Assembly: GCA_016795425.1 (NCBI GenBank)
Contig: JAEUHG010000165.1
Span: 21,024 to 85,023 of the forward strand
Reading direction: 5' to 3'
DNA length: 64,000 bases
Source of the DNA: Verrucomicrobiales bacterium
GTDB taxonomy: Bacteria; Verrucomicrobiota; Verrucomicrobiia; Limisphaerales; CAIMTB01
Part shown: positions 18,879 through 29,584 of the stretch, piece by piece
Position numbering within the stretch: the stretch's first letter is position 1
Layout: each line of letters begins with the position of its first letter
Program-made: the position numbers and the translations under genes
The notes under the pieces: generated by a model
Database searches by the model: none
What the model saw: the letters and a program-made list of their open reading frames with translations, nothing else
Told to the model about the DNA's origin: nothing

Positions 18879-20396
18879 ATGTTGCCTGCATTGCCAATGA
18901 GGTTCTGTTCGGCGTGCCTTCTTCTCCTGCTGCTCCTGCTGCCGCCAATGGTTCACGCAACGAGAACCGCGCGGCCTCCCAACCTGATCCTGATGGTCGC
19001 CGACGACCTGGGGTACGGGGACCTTGGAAGCTATGGCCAGACCCGGATTCGCACGCCGCACCTCGACCGCGTGGCCGCCGAGGGCGTTCGCTTCACGCGG
19101 CATTACTCGGGGAACGCCGTCTGCGCGCCATCACGTTGCGTCCTGATGACGGGACGCCATCCCGGGCATGCCCAGATTCGCAACAACAAGGAGCTACAAC
19201 CCGAAGGTCAATGGCCCCTGGCCGCCGGAACCATCACGCTACCGAAGCAATTGAAGAAACTCGGCTACGCCACCGGCGCCTTTGGAAAGTGGGGCCTCGG
19301 AGGTCCGGGATCGGACGGAGATCCGCTCCGCCAGGGATTCGACCGTTTTTTCGGATTCAACTGCCAGCGCCACGCTCACAACCATTATCCCACCTACCTG
19401 TGGAGTGACACCAACCGGGTTCCGCTCGGCAACCCGGCATTCTCGCCGCACCAGCGCCTGCCTTCCGACCGTTCTTCCGACCAACCGGCGAGCTACACAG
19501 ACTACCAAGGCAAGGAATACGCGCCCGACCGCATCGCCGACGCGGCGTTGGAGTTCGTTCGACAGCATCGCGACCAGCCCTTCTTCCTCTTTCTGCCGAC
19601 CACCCTTCCGCATCTCGCACTTCAAGTCCCGGACGATTCCCTGCGCGCGTACACCAACTCCTTTCCCGAAACGCCCTATCTTGGCACGGCATCATACCTG
19701 CCCCACCGCACCCCTCGCGCCGCCTACGCCGCGATGATTTCGCGCATGGACCGCGAAGTGGGTCGATTGCTGTCGTTGGTCAAGGAACTCGGTCTCGACA
19801 CCGACACCTTATTCATATTCACGTCGGACAACGGTCCCCTCTACGATCGCCTGGGAGGTACTGACACTGACTTCTTCCAATCCGCCGCCGGATTGCGTGG
19901 ACGCAAAGGCTCGCTCCATGAAGGCGGCGTGCGGGTGCCTTGTCTGGTTCGATGGCCGGGGCACCTCCGAAGCGGCACGACCGAAACCCGCCTCACCGGT
20001 TTCGAGGATTGGCTGCCGACCTTGCTGGAGATAGCCGGCGGCCGCGATCTGATCCCTGCCGACAGCGACGGCATCAGCTTTGCCCCGACCCTGCTGGGTC
20101 GCCGCCAGGCGCCGCGACCACTGCTCTATCGGGAGTTCAGTGGTTACGGCGGCTGGCAAGCAGCCTGGATCGGTGACTGGAAGATCGTCCGCCACGGCCT
20201 TAACCCAGCGGGATCGGCACCGTCGTCGACGCCCGCCACCGTCGCGCTGTATCGACTCAGCGAGGATCCGGGTGAAACACGGGATCTCGCCCTGCGTCAC
20301 CCGCGACGCGTGTCACGATTCCTTCGGCAACTTGAGCAGGAGCACACGGACTCCGCTGATTTTCCGATGCCTGGCCTCGACCATGCGCACCCTTAA
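18879..20396 (+). CDS. Sulfatase, secreted
   Basis: It has a signal peptide, MVADDLGYGDLG and the CAPSR motif. Confidence 0.9.
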   Translation: MLPALPMRFCSACLLLLLLLLPPMVHATRTARPPNLILMVADDLGYGDLGSYGQTRIRTPHLDRVAAEGVRFTRHYSGNAVCAPSRCVLMTGRHPGHAQIRNNKELQPEGQWPLAAGTITLPKQLKKLGYATGAFGKWGLGGPGSDGDPLRQGFDRFFGFNCQRHAHNHYPTYLWSDTNRVPLGNPAFSPHQRLPSDRSSDQPASYTDYQGKEYAPDRIADAALEFVRQHRDQPFFLFLPTTLPHLALQVPDDSLRAYTNSFPETPYLGTASYLPHRTPRAAYAAMISRMDREVGRLLSLVKELGLDTDTLFIFTSDNGPLYDRLGGTDTDFFQSAAGLRGRKGSLHEGGVRVPCLVRWPGHLRSGTTETRLTGFEDWLPTLLEIAGGRDLIPADSDGISFAPTLLGRRQAPRPLLYREFSGYGGWQAAWIGDWKIVRHGLNPAGSAPSSTPATVALYRLSEDPGETRDLALRHPRRVSRFLRQLEQEHTDSADFPMPGLDHAHP

Positions 20397-21852
20397 TCCT
20401 GTCCTGCTCGGATGGATCCTGCTGGGACTCCACTGGGCCAGCCCTCCCTCCGTCGTGGCCCGGCCCGGCCCGCGCCCCAATGTCGTCTTCATCCTCACCG
20501 ACGACCTGGGGGTGCACGATCTCGGTTGCTATGGACGCGAGGATCATCGAACGCCGCGTCTGGATCGGCTGGCCTGGGAAGGCACCCGATTCACCAGCGC
20601 CTATTGCGCCCAGCCGATTTGCTCTGCGTCGCGCGCCGCCCTCATGACCGGCAAATCCCCGGCCCGACTTCACCTCACAACCTATCTGCCCGGACGTGCC
20701 GATGCCCCGTCCCAATTGGTGATCCATCCGCGAATCGAACCCCAACTGCCGCTTGCGGAAACGACGTTGGCCGAATCCCTGCGCGCCGCAGGCTATGCCA
20801 CCGCCTGCATTGGAAAATGGCACCTCGGGGGCGCCGGGTTTGGTCCCGCCGATCAAGGGTTTGACTTCGTGTACGCCGGAATCGCCAACACCACCCCAAC
20901 GGCATCGGAAGGTGGCAAAGGGGAGTGGGACCTCACGCGCGCTGCCGAACGTTTCATCGGGGAGAACCGCGACCGCCCCTTCTTCCTCTTCCTTTCTCAC
21001 AACACCCCGCACATCCCTTACACCGCGCGGCAGGATCGGATCGATGCCTTTCAAGCAGCCTTTGAACCGACCTACGCAGCGGTCATTGAATCGTTGGACG
21101 CCACCGTGGGCCACCTGCTGGAAACCCTGGACAACCTGGGACTCAGGGACCGAACCCTGGTGATCTTCACCAGCGACAACGGAGGCCTCCACGTGCCCGA
21201 ACTCCGGCACGCCCGCGTGACGCACAACGGGCCGTTCCGGGCGGGAAAAGGTTATCTGTACGAGGGCGGCTTGCGCATCCCTCTTCTGGTTCGATGGCCG
21301 GGACACGTTCCGGCGCGCCGCGTCAGCGACGCCCCATTCCTCAACACCGACTGGCTGCCAACCTTGCAGGAGCTTTGCGGTGTCCGACCGCAGCACCGAC
21401 TCGACGGTCGCAGCGCTGCGCAAAATTTGCTCGGCGATCCTCGGGCGATAAGATCCACCCTCTACTGGCACTTTCCCCATTACACCAACCAGGGAGGGCG
21501 ACCGTCGGGTGCGATCCGGGATGGGCGCTGGAAATACATTGAGTTTTACGACACCCGGCAAGTGGAACTCTATGATTTGGCGACGGATCCTGGCGAGATG
21601 CGCGATCGATCCAGCGAGGAACCACGCCGCGTCCGGCGATACCGGGACGCCTTGGCCCGTTGGCGGACCGACGCAGGGGCCCAAGCGAACCGTCCGAACG
21701 CGGCGGCGGACCTGGAAGCATTTCGGAGTCTCTACGTGGATTTTGACCCATCGCAATTTCGGCCCACCGTAGCGGCAGCCGAGGACTGGCAGCGCATGGC
21801 CGCGTGGAGGACCGCGATGGATGCCGCTGTAGCCGGACGGCGCGCGAATTGA
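20383..21852 (+). CDS. Sulfatase, secreted
   Basis: The likely start is MRTLNPVLLGWILLGL (ATG 20383, a 14-nt overlap with the previous sulfatase). Motifs are LTDDLGVHDLG and CSASR. Confidence 0.9.
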   Translation: MRTLNPVLLGWILLGLHWASPPSVVARPGPRPNVVFILTDDLGVHDLGCYGREDHRTPRLDRLAWEGTRFTSAYCAQPICSASRAALMTGKSPARLHLTTYLPGRADAPSQLVIHPRIEPQLPLAETTLAESLRAAGYATACIGKWHLGGAGFGPADQGFDFVYAGIANTTPTASEGGKGEWDLTRAAERFIGENRDRPFFLFLSHNTPHIPYTARQDRIDAFQAAFEPTYAAVIESLDATVGHLLETLDNLGLRDRTLVIFTSDNGGLHVPELRHARVTHNGPFRAGKGYLYEGGLRIPLLVRWPGHVPARRVSDAPFLNTDWLPTLQELCGVRPQHRLDGRSAAQNLLGDPRAIRSTLYWHFPHYTNQGGRPSGAIRDGRWKYIEFYDTRQVELYDLATDPGEMRDRSSEEPRRVRRYRDALARWRTDAGAQANRPNAAADLEAFRSLYVDFDPSQFRPTVAAAEDWQRMAAWRTAMDAAVAGRRAN

Positions 21853-22002
21853 ATGAACCCGCTCCTTGTGGATCGACTGGACTGCGTTCAAGAGTACGGC
21901 GTGATCAGAAACGGCGCCGCCCACACGCAACGCTGGACCGGGATTTCCCGGGATGTTGTCGCGAGGAGGGGAGTCAACCGTGGTTTTCTGGCCCACTCTT
22001 CG

Positions 22003-24570
22003 ATGCGCCTCCTGGCGACCCTGACGGTGCTCCTGGGAATTGCGGGCACGACCTTCGCCGTACCGACGGCTGAGGAAGGTCGCCGGGAATTTCTCCGCGG
22101 CGAGTATGACAAAGTCGTTCGCATGTCCGCGGAAGCGCTGGACGATCGACCGCGTGACGAAGCGTGGCACCGGCTGCGCACCGAAGCGTTGATGGCGGTG
22201 GGAAAATATCGCGAGGCCCATGCCGCGTTGACCAACGGGCTGGGGCAAATGCCGCGTAGCATTGTTCTTCGATGGCTCGGTCGGGAGGTCTACGCCTTGA
22301 ATGGGCAACCGGAGAAAGCGTCCGAAGCGGTGGCGGAAATTCCCCGTCTCGTGTCGCGCAGTCCCTGGGCCTATCGCGAGCCGCTGGATTTGATCACCGT
22401 CGGCCGGTCCCTGCTGGCGGCCGGAGTGGATCCCAAAGAGGTGCTTGATCGTCTCTACACCACCGTTCGCAAATCCGCCCCCGACCTCCGTGACATCTAT
22501 TTGGCGATCGGTGACCTGGCCCTGGAGAAGGGCGACTCGGCCCTTGCCGCCAAACATTTTGATGAAGGCCTGCGGAAATTCCCCGAGGACCCCGACCTGC
22601 ACTATGGCCGCGCCCGGGCTTTCTCGGATTCGGATCGCAAGGTGATGGGCACCGCTTTGGAGGCGGCGCTGAAGGCGAACCCCCGTCATCTCGCGAGTCT
22701 TCTGCAACTCGCCGACTACCGGATTGACGCGGAGGACTACGAGGGCGCGACCGAGACGCTGGACGAGATTCGAAAGACCAATCCGCACCTACCCGAGGCC
22801 TGGGCTTATACTGCGGTGATCGCCCACCTGCGCAATGACACGACGTCGGAAACCCGGGCTCGCACCGAAGCAACCAAGTTTTGGGATAGCAATCCGAAGG
22901 TTCCCCATCTCATTGGCCGCAAACTCTCCCAGAAGTATCGCTTCGCGGAAGGCGCCGCCCTGCAGCGGGAGGCGCTTCGCGCGCAACCGGATTTTCTTCC
23001 TGCCAAGGCGCAGCTCGCCAACGACCTCCTTCGACTCGGCGAGGACGAGGCCGGGTGGGAATTGATCCAGGAGGTTCACGAGAAGGACGGCTACGATGTC
23101 ACGGCCTACAACCTGGTGACCTTGAAGGACACCATGGCGTCGTACACCACCTTGACCAACGAGCATTTCATCGTACGGATGCACGAAAAAGAGGCGGCCA
23201 TCTACGGCCCCCGGGTCATGAACCTTCTCGAGCGCGCCCGGTCCACGCTAGCGGCCAAGTTCGACCTCACCCTGGTGGAGCCCACCACGGTCGAAATTTT
23301 CAGTGAGGCGAAAGACTTCGGGGTTCGCACCTTTGGCATGCCGGACAATCCGGGTTACCTCGGGGTCTGCTTCGGGCGCGTGATCACAGCCAACAGTCCG
23401 GCGGCGACCCGTTCCAAGACCGTCAACTGGGAAGCCGTTTTGTGGCACGAATTCTGCCATGTGGTGACCTTGCAACTCACCGCGAACAAAATGCCCCGTT
23501 GGTTGAGCGAAGGCATTTCGGTCTATGAAGAGCGCCTGGCGAACCCGGCGTGGGGCGAGGCCCTCAACCCGAAATATCGCGAGATGATCCTCGAGGGCGA
23601 ACTGACTCCCATCGGCAAGCTCAGCGCCGCGTTTCTCATCCCCAAGACCGATCTCCATCTGCAGTTCGCCTACTACCAGGCCTCGATCGTGGTCGAATTC
23701 CTGGTCGCACGATTCGGCACCGAGTCGTTGCGTAAAATTCTCGCCGACCTTCGCCAGGGCGTGTTCATCAACACGGCCATCGAGCGTCACGCCCAGCCTC
23801 TCGATGCCTTGGAAAAGGAATTCGCCGAATACGCCCGCAAGAAGGCCGAAGGACTCGCCCCGGACCTGGACTGGGAGAAGCCGGCCCGCCGCGGCCGGGG
23901 TGAAACAGGCATCGACCTCGCGTCTCGCGCCTTGTCCACCATCACGGGGCCCGCGACGAACAACTATTACCGCCTGATGGAAACGGCGGACCGCCTGCTG
24001 AGCGACGAGAAGTTCGACGAGGCTCAACCCAAACTCGAACTGCTCATCGAGCGGTACCCGAGCCAAACCGGGACCGATTCGGCCTACGCGATGCTGGCCC
24101 GACTCCACCGAGCCCGGGGCGACACCGACGCGGAAAGCCGGGTGCTGGAGCAATGGGCGTCGGTCGATGGGGAAGCCATCGCAGCCTACCTGCGCCTGAT
24201 GGAACTCTCCGAAGCCCGCAAGGACTGGAAATCCGTCGCCAGGAACGCGGATCGCTATTTGGCCGTCGACCCTCTGGTCCCTGACCCCTATCGCCATCTC
24301 GCCAGGGCCCAGGAGAATCTCGCCCTTGGCAGCGACGCCATTGCCACCTACCGCACCCTTCTCCGGCTCGACTCGCCCAACCCGTCCGAAGTTCATTTCG
24401 AACTCGCACGGTTGCTGGAGCCGATCGAACCCCAGGCAGCGCGGCGTCATTTGGTGCAATCCCTCGAGGAAGCCCCCCGCAATCGAGCCGCTCTGCGCCA
24501 GTTGCTGGGGACCAATGCCGCTCCCGAAATGCCGCCACCCCCGTCCCCGGGAGTGCAACGGAGACCTTGA
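22003..24570 (+). CDS. Secreted TPR-repeat protein with gluzincin (peptidase MA / M1-like) domain
   Basis: The likely start is MRLLATLTVLLGIAGTTFA (ATG 22003); the ORF opens at 21853. Multiple TPR-like helical repeats flank HEFCH...RWLSEG, which is an HExxH plus downstream Glu pattern. Confidence 0.8.
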   Translation: MRLLATLTVLLGIAGTTFAVPTAEEGRREFLRGEYDKVVRMSAEALDDRPRDEAWHRLRTEALMAVGKYREAHAALTNGLGQMPRSIVLRWLGREVYALNGQPEKASEAVAEIPRLVSRSPWAYREPLDLITVGRSLLAAGVDPKEVLDRLYTTVRKSAPDLRDIYLAIGDLALEKGDSALAAKHFDEGLRKFPEDPDLHYGRARAFSDSDRKVMGTALEAALKANPRHLASLLQLADYRIDAEDYEGATETLDEIRKTNPHLPEAWAYTAVIAHLRNDTTSETRARTEATKFWDSNPKVPHLIGRKLSQKYRFAEGAALQREALRAQPDFLPAKAQLANDLLRLGEDEAGWELIQEVHEKDGYDVTAYNLVTLKDTMASYTTLTNEHFIVRMHEKEAAIYGPRVMNLLERARSTLAAKFDLTLVEPTTVEIFSEAKDFGVRTFGMPDNPGYLGVCFGRVITANSPAATRSKTVNWEAVLWHEFCHVVTLQLTANKMPRWLSEGISVYEERLANPAWGEALNPKYREMILEGELTPIGKLSAAFLIPKTDLHLQFAYYQASIVVEFLVARFGTESLRKILADLRQGVFINTAIERHAQPLDALEKEFAEYARKKAEGLAPDLDWEKPARRGRGETGIDLASRALSTITGPATNNYYRLMETADRLLSDEKFDEAQPKLELLIERYPSQTGTDSAYAMLARLHRARGDTDAESRVLEQWASVDGEAIAAYLRLMELSEARKDWKSVARNADRYLAVDPLVPDPYRHLARAQENLALGSDAIATYRTLLRLDSPNPSEVHFELARLLEPIEPQAARRHLVQSLEEAPRNRAALRQLLGTNAAPEMPPPPSPGVQRRP

Positions 24571-24573
24571 GAC

Positions 24574-25431
24574 ATGAAACGCGCTGTCAGCGTCGCGATC
24601 ACCCTCGCCATGCTCGGGACGCTGGCGATGGCACAGCGACGTTTTGGCAGTCGGTGGTATCGAGAGAGCGCCATCTCCGACGAGGCGCGCACCGCGCGAG
24701 AGGTGGAATCGCACAGTACCGGCACTCCGACCTGGACCAATACCGCAGGATTCGAGAAGGACGTCTTCACCTTTGCCCGCGTTCGGTACGTCCAGGGCGG
24801 ACGCGGCGGGCGCGGAGGATGGTCCACCGACCTTCCGGATTCCGACCTCAACCTGTCCTTTCGACTTCAACAAATGACGTCGGTCCGCGTTGATCCCGAC
24901 GGACGTTTATTGCACCTCACCGATCCGGAATTATCGAACTACCCGTTCCTTTACATCGTGGAACCGGGCGGCTTGTGGCTTTCCGAGGAGGAAGTCGCGG
25001 CGTTGCGAAAGTACCTCCTGAACGGGGGATTCCTGATGCTCGACGACTTTTGGGGCGTGGACGAGTGGGAGAATGCCGAGGAGGTGATGCGGCAAGTCTT
25101 CCCGGATCTGGCGTTCCAGGAATTGCCGCTGGATCACGACCTCTACCAGCGCCCGTTCAAAATCGAAGCCAAAGGCCAGGTCCCGAATGTCGGGCGCGGC
25201 ATTCAAAGTCAGGACGATGGCATCACCTGGGAACGCCGCGACGCGCAAGTCGTGCATCACAAGGCGATCCTCGATGCCCGGGGACGCATCATGGTATTGG
25301 CGACGCACAACACCGACAATGGGGACGGGTGGGAGCGCGAGGGCGAAAACGATTATTATTTCCGGCAGTTCTCCGAGAAGATCGCGTATCCGCTCGGCAT
25401 TAATATCATCTTCCACATCATGACCCACTGA
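24574..25431 (+). CDS. DUF4159-family protein, secreted
   Basis: It has a signal peptide followed by YPFLYIVEPGGLWLSEEEVAALRKYLLNGGFLMLDDFWG, which is characteristic of DUF4159. It starts 3 nt after the preceding stop. Confidence 0.85.
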   Translation: MKRAVSVAITLAMLGTLAMAQRRFGSRWYRESAISDEARTAREVESHSTGTPTWTNTAGFEKDVFTFARVRYVQGGRGGRGGWSTDLPDSDLNLSFRLQQMTSVRVDPDGRLLHLTDPELSNYPFLYIVEPGGLWLSEEEVAALRKYLLNGGFLMLDDFWGVDEWENAEEVMRQVFPDLAFQELPLDHDLYQRPFKIEAKGQVPNVGRGIQSQDDGITWERRDAQVVHHKAILDARGRIMVLATHNTDNGDGWEREGENDYYFRQFSEKIAYPLGINIIFHIMTH

Positions 25432-25437
25432 AACCCG

Positions 25438-26523
25438 ATGAGCTTTCCATCGACCCCAGACGTCCCGCCTCCCCTGAGTCCAGCCCCCGCCGCCCCGGGC
25501 GACCTCCCGCAACCCGTTCCTCCCACACCGGAGGAAACCGATCGCCAAACCGTTGAACGCCTGGCGACATCGCGCGCGCGCATCGAAGGGGAACTCGGCA
25601 AGGTGATCGTCGGCCAGCGTGAGGTGATCGAACAAATCCTTATCGCGCTGTTGGGCGGCGGGCACTGCCTGATCACCGGCGCGCCGGGTCTCGCGAAGAC
25701 ACTGCTGGTGAAATCCATCGCCCAGATCTTCCATCTCCGGTTCCAGCGCATCCAATTCACCCCGGATTTGATGCCCGCGGACATCACCGGCACCGAGATT
25801 CTCCAGGACCACGGCAGTGAACGGCGCATGGTCTTCGTTCCTGGGCCAATCTTCGCCAACATGATCCTGGCGGATGAAATCAACCGAACGCCTCCCAAAA
25901 CCCAGGCGGCGTTGCTCGAGGCGATGCAGGAGCACCAAGTGACCGCGGCAGGGGTGCGGCACCCGCTGCACCCGCCCTTTTTCGTGCTCGCCACTCAGAA
26001 CCCCATCGAGATGGAAGGCACTTACCCCCTTCCGGAAGCGCAACTCGACCGGTTCATGTTCAACGTGGTCATGGACTACCTGCCCGAGACCGATGAAGTG
26101 GAGGTCATCCAACGGACCACTGGCAAACCTGCCGCCGCCATCGAAGCCCTCTTCCATGGCGAAGACGTCCTGCGCTTCCATGCCCTCGTCCGCCAGGTCC
26201 CGATCGCCGAGGAAATGGTGCGGTACGCCGTTCGCCTGGCCGCCGCATCGCGACCCCAGGGAGCGCAGGCTCCGGAGTTCGTGAAGCACTGGGTCACCTG
26301 GGGGGCAGGAACCCGCGCGGCTCAGTTCCTGGTGCTCGGGGCCAAAGCCCGAGCCCTGCTTCAGGGCCGGGCCCACGTGACCGTCGAGGATATCCGCGCC
26401 CTGGCCGGCCCAGTCCTCCGCCACCGCATTCTGCTGAACTACCGCGCCGAAGCCGAAAACGCGGGGGTGGAAACCATTATCCGGCGATTGCTGGAAACCG
26501 TCCCACCTCCCATTCCGTCCTGA
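25438..26523 (+). CDS. MoxR-family AAA+ ATPase
   Basis: Walker A is GHCLITGAPGLAKT and Walker B is ILADEINR. FVLATQNPIEMEGTYPLPEAQLDRF is the MoxR signature. Confidence 0.95.
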   Translation: MSFPSTPDVPPPLSPAPAAPGDLPQPVPPTPEETDRQTVERLATSRARIEGELGKVIVGQREVIEQILIALLGGGHCLITGAPGLAKTLLVKSIAQIFHLRFQRIQFTPDLMPADITGTEILQDHGSERRMVFVPGPIFANMILADEINRTPPKTQAALLEAMQEHQVTAAGVRHPLHPPFFVLATQNPIEMEGTYPLPEAQLDRFMFNVVMDYLPETDEVEVIQRTTGKPAAAIEALFHGEDVLRFHALVRQVPIAEEMVRYAVRLAAASRPQGAQAPEFVKHWVTWGAGTRAAQFLVLGAKARALLQGRAHVTVEDIRALAGPVLRHRILLNYRAEAENAGVETIIRRLLETVPPPIPS

Positions 26524-26528
26524 TCACC

Positions 26529-27485
26529 ATGTCCGGGTTTCCCAACCCGCCAACGGATCGATTCATCGATCCGACGGTGTTGATGACCATCCGCAACCTC
26601 GAGTGGCGAGCGCGCACGGTCGTCGAAGGGTTTTGGACTGGCCTTCACCGGAGTCCGTACCATGGATTCTCCGTCGAGTTTACCGAGTATCGCCAATACA
26701 CACCCGGCGACGACACCCGGTACCTGGATTGGCGGCTTCTGGGACGGAGCGACCGCTATTTCATCAAGCGGTTCGAGGACGAAACCAATCTTCGGTGCCA
26801 TCTCATCCTGGATCGCAGCCGGTCCATGGACTTCGGGTCCCTGGCCCACACGAAAGCGGAGTACGCCGCGACGCTGGCCGCCTGCCTGGCTTATTTTCTT
26901 CAGCGGCAGGGTGACGCGGCGGGTTTGCTCACCTTTGATGAAGCGGTGCGCGATTACCTTCCCGCCCGGCATCGCCCCGGCCATTTGCGACGCCTCCTGA
27001 TGACGCTGGAAAAGGAAGCTGCGGGGAAGGACACGGACCTCATCGCTCCTCTACGGCAGGCCGCGGAGATCATTCGCAAGCGCGGTCTCGTCGTGCTGGT
27101 TTCCGACCTTCTGGCGTCGGCCGACCAACTCGAATCCAGCCTGACGGTACTGGCGGCGGCCGGGCAGGAAATCTCGCTCTTCCAGATCCTCGATCCGGTG
27201 GAACTGAGCCTGGACCTGGGCGAACCGGCCTGGTTCGAAGATGTCGAGTCCGGGAGACAATTGTTTGTGGATCCGGCCGGCATTCGAAAGCGGTATCAGG
27301 AGCGGATGGAGGAGCATTCGAACAAGATCCAGGAAATATGCCAGCGACTGGGAATCGGGTTTCACCGTCTGGTCACGGATCAACCACTGGAGACCGCGTT
27401 GTTTGAATTTCTTCGCGACCGATCCAAGGCGCGACGCACGGTGCGTCGCTACACGCCGTCGGGTGGATGGCGAGCGAGTTCATGA
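26529..27485 (+). CDS. DUF58-domain protein (MoxR partner, degenerate VWA)
   Basis: FTEYRQYTPGDDTRYLDWRLLGRSDRYFIKRFEDE is the typical DUF58 N-terminal motif. Confidence 0.9.
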   Translation: MSGFPNPPTDRFIDPTVLMTIRNLEWRARTVVEGFWTGLHRSPYHGFSVEFTEYRQYTPGDDTRYLDWRLLGRSDRYFIKRFEDETNLRCHLILDRSRSMDFGSLAHTKAEYAATLAACLAYFLQRQGDAAGLLTFDEAVRDYLPARHRPGHLRRLLMTLEKEAAGKDTDLIAPLRQAAEIIRKRGLVVLVSDLLASADQLESSLTVLAAAGQEISLFQILDPVELSLDLGEPAWFEDVESGRQLFVDPAGIRKRYQERMEEHSNKIQEICQRLGIGFHRLVTDQPLETALFEFLRDRSKARRTVRRYTPSGGWRASS

Positions 27486-29584
27486 GCTTTCTCGCGCCAT
27501 TATTCCTGCTGGGTGCCGCCGCGGTGGCCTTGCCGGTGGTCTTTCACCTGATCCGACGAACCACCAAGGTTCGCACTCGGTTCAGTTCCCTGCTCTTTCT
27601 TTCTCCGACGCCTCCTCGCGTCACACGGCGCAGCCGGCTCGAGGACCTGCTCCTGCTCCTGCTCCGTTGCCTCGCTTTGGTTCTGCTGGCCTTCGGTTTC
27701 GCCCGGCCGTTCCTCAAGGACGCCACTTCCATCGACAACACGGCCGCCGCACCGAAACGCGTGCTGCACTTGGTCGATACCAGCGCCAGCATGCGGCGAC
27801 AGGGGCTTTGGGACAACGCGCTGGCCCAAGTCACGCGGTCGCTGCGCTCCGCCAATCCCACCGATGAGATGGCGGTATGGGCCTTTGATCGCCAAGCCCG
27901 ACCGGTCTTCTCGTTTGCCGAATGGAATGCCGCTTCGGCGGGCGAACGCTCCGCCCTGGCCGAATCGAGACTCCGTGCGCTCAGCCCGGGCTGGGGGGCC
28001 ACTCGGCTCGACGAAGCCCTGACGACCGCCGCGGAGGCCCTGGCGGATCGTTCCACCCAATCGTTCTCCGGGATTCAGCGCATCGTTGTCGTCAGCGACC
28101 TCCAGGAAGGCAGTCACCTGGAAGGATTGCAGGCCTTCGACTGGCCGAAGGGAATCGACGTCGCGGTGGAGCCGGTGAAACCCGCGCGCCCCGGCAACGC
28201 CGGCATCCAATTGGTGGCCGACTCCAACCAACTGCCGACCACCACCCAAACCGTGGTCCGAGTCCGGGTCGTCAACGCCCCCGATTCCACCCGCGGACGT
28301 TTCGAGGTCGGGTGGGCCAACCCCTCCGGCAATGGATTTCTCGGCACGGCCGAGGAGGTCCAACTCCCGGCCGGCATGACCAAGGTCGTGGCCCTCAACG
28401 TGCCGACCCATGCCCAGGTCAGCCAGGTGCTGTTGACGGGCGATGACGAGGACTTCGACAACCGCGCCTACCTGGTGCCGCCTCGCATGGCTGCAATCTC
28501 CGCCGTCTATTTCGGTAATGACCGCCGTGAAGAGGCGGGCAGCGCCTATTATTTCCTGGCCCGCGCCCTGCCGCCGACCGGCCGTCTGGCGGTCAAACTG
28601 GCGGCCCAGAAGCCGACCGACCCGGTGGATACCAAGACGCTGGCCGATGCCCGGATCTATTTCGTCGCCGATGCGCTGCCTGCCAGCCTGGCCACCGCAC
28701 TTCGACTTCAAGTCGCCACCGGCAAGACCGTGGTCGTTGCCCCTCGCAACACGGCGGCCCTGGCGTCGATCGCCCCCTTGCTTCAGGCCTCGACGGTGCC
28801 GGTCGAAGAGGCTGCCCCGAAGTCCTACGCCCTGCTGGGCACCCTGGATTTTCAGCACCCCATCCTCGCACCCTTCGCCGACCCGCGCTTCAGCGACTTC
28901 GCGCGCATCCATTTTTGGAAGTACCGGAGATGGGATGTCTCGGGTCAGCCTGGAGCCAATGTGGTGGCACGCTTCGACAATCAGGATCCGGCCTTGGTCG
29001 AGATTCCCATCGAGCGCGGGCGCGTCCTGGTGCTGACCAGTGGCTGGCACCCGGACGACAGTCAGTTGGCGTTGTCGACGAAGTTCGTGCCGTTGATCTG
29101 TTCCATCTGCGAGTTCACCGCCGAAGAACCTGTGGTGACCACGGCGTGGCGGGTGGGAGATCCCTTGCCGGTTCCTCCCGCGACGGGCGGTTCGGTGCGG
29201 ACCCTGAAAGTGCCCGACCAACCCGATCAGCCCTTCGCAACCGGGCAAACCCAGATCGCTGACACACCGCGACCTGGCATCTACGAAGTGACTTCGTCCG
29301 AAACCACCCTACGATACGCCGTGAATCTGGACGGATCGGAAAGCCGGACGGCGGTGTTACCCGTCGAATCGCTGGAAGCCCTCGGGACCCCACTGCGATC
29401 GCCGGGTGCCGGCCCGCAACCCGACCCGGTCCGCAAACAACAACTGGCCGCTGCCGACGCGGAAAACCGACAGAAATTGTGGCGTTGGTTAATGATCGCC
29501 ACACTGACGGTGCTCCTCGTCGAGTCGGCGGTCGCCGGTTGGAAAAGCCGCCGAATAACGGCAACGGGAGAGGCCACCGCATGA
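27482..29584 (+). CDS. BatA-N (double-TM aerotolerance-regulator N-terminal) / VWA-domain membrane protein
   Basis: MSFLAPLFLLGAAAVALPVVFHLIRR is the BatA_N motif. The VWA MIDAS-like motif is LHLVDTSASM. A C-terminal TM is LWRWLMIATLTVLLVESAV. The start makes an ATGA overlap with the DUF58 stop; 27467 is an alternative start. Confidence 0.85.
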   Translation: MSFLAPLFLLGAAAVALPVVFHLIRRTTKVRTRFSSLLFLSPTPPRVTRRSRLEDLLLLLLRCLALVLLAFGFARPFLKDATSIDNTAAAPKRVLHLVDTSASMRRQGLWDNALAQVTRSLRSANPTDEMAVWAFDRQARPVFSFAEWNAASAGERSALAESRLRALSPGWGATRLDEALTTAAEALADRSTQSFSGIQRIVVVSDLQEGSHLEGLQAFDWPKGIDVAVEPVKPARPGNAGIQLVADSNQLPTTTQTVVRVRVVNAPDSTRGRFEVGWANPSGNGFLGTAEEVQLPAGMTKVVALNVPTHAQVSQVLLTGDDEDFDNRAYLVPPRMAAISAVYFGNDRREEAGSAYYFLARALPPTGRLAVKLAAQKPTDPVDTKTLADARIYFVADALPASLATALRLQVATGKTVVVAPRNTAALASIAPLLQASTVPVEEAAPKSYALLGTLDFQHPILAPFADPRFSDFARIHFWKYRRWDVSGQPGANVVARFDNQDPALVEIPIERGRVLVLTSGWHPDDSQLALSTKFVPLICSICEFTAEEPVVTTAWRVGDPLPVPPATGGSVRTLKVPDQPDQPFATGQTQIADTPRPGIYEVTSSETTLRYAVNLDGSESRTAVLPVESLEALGTPLRSPGAGPQPDPVRKQQLAAADAENRQKLWRWLMIATLTVLLVESAVAGWKSRRITATGEATA

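Noticed and set aside
20257-22788. 843-aa ORF on the minus strand
   Set aside because: It is antisense to a sulfatase gene and to the TPR-gluzincin gene, both of which have clear family motifs. Its translation is R/G/P/A-rich with no recognisable domain. This is a typical high-GC shadow ORF.
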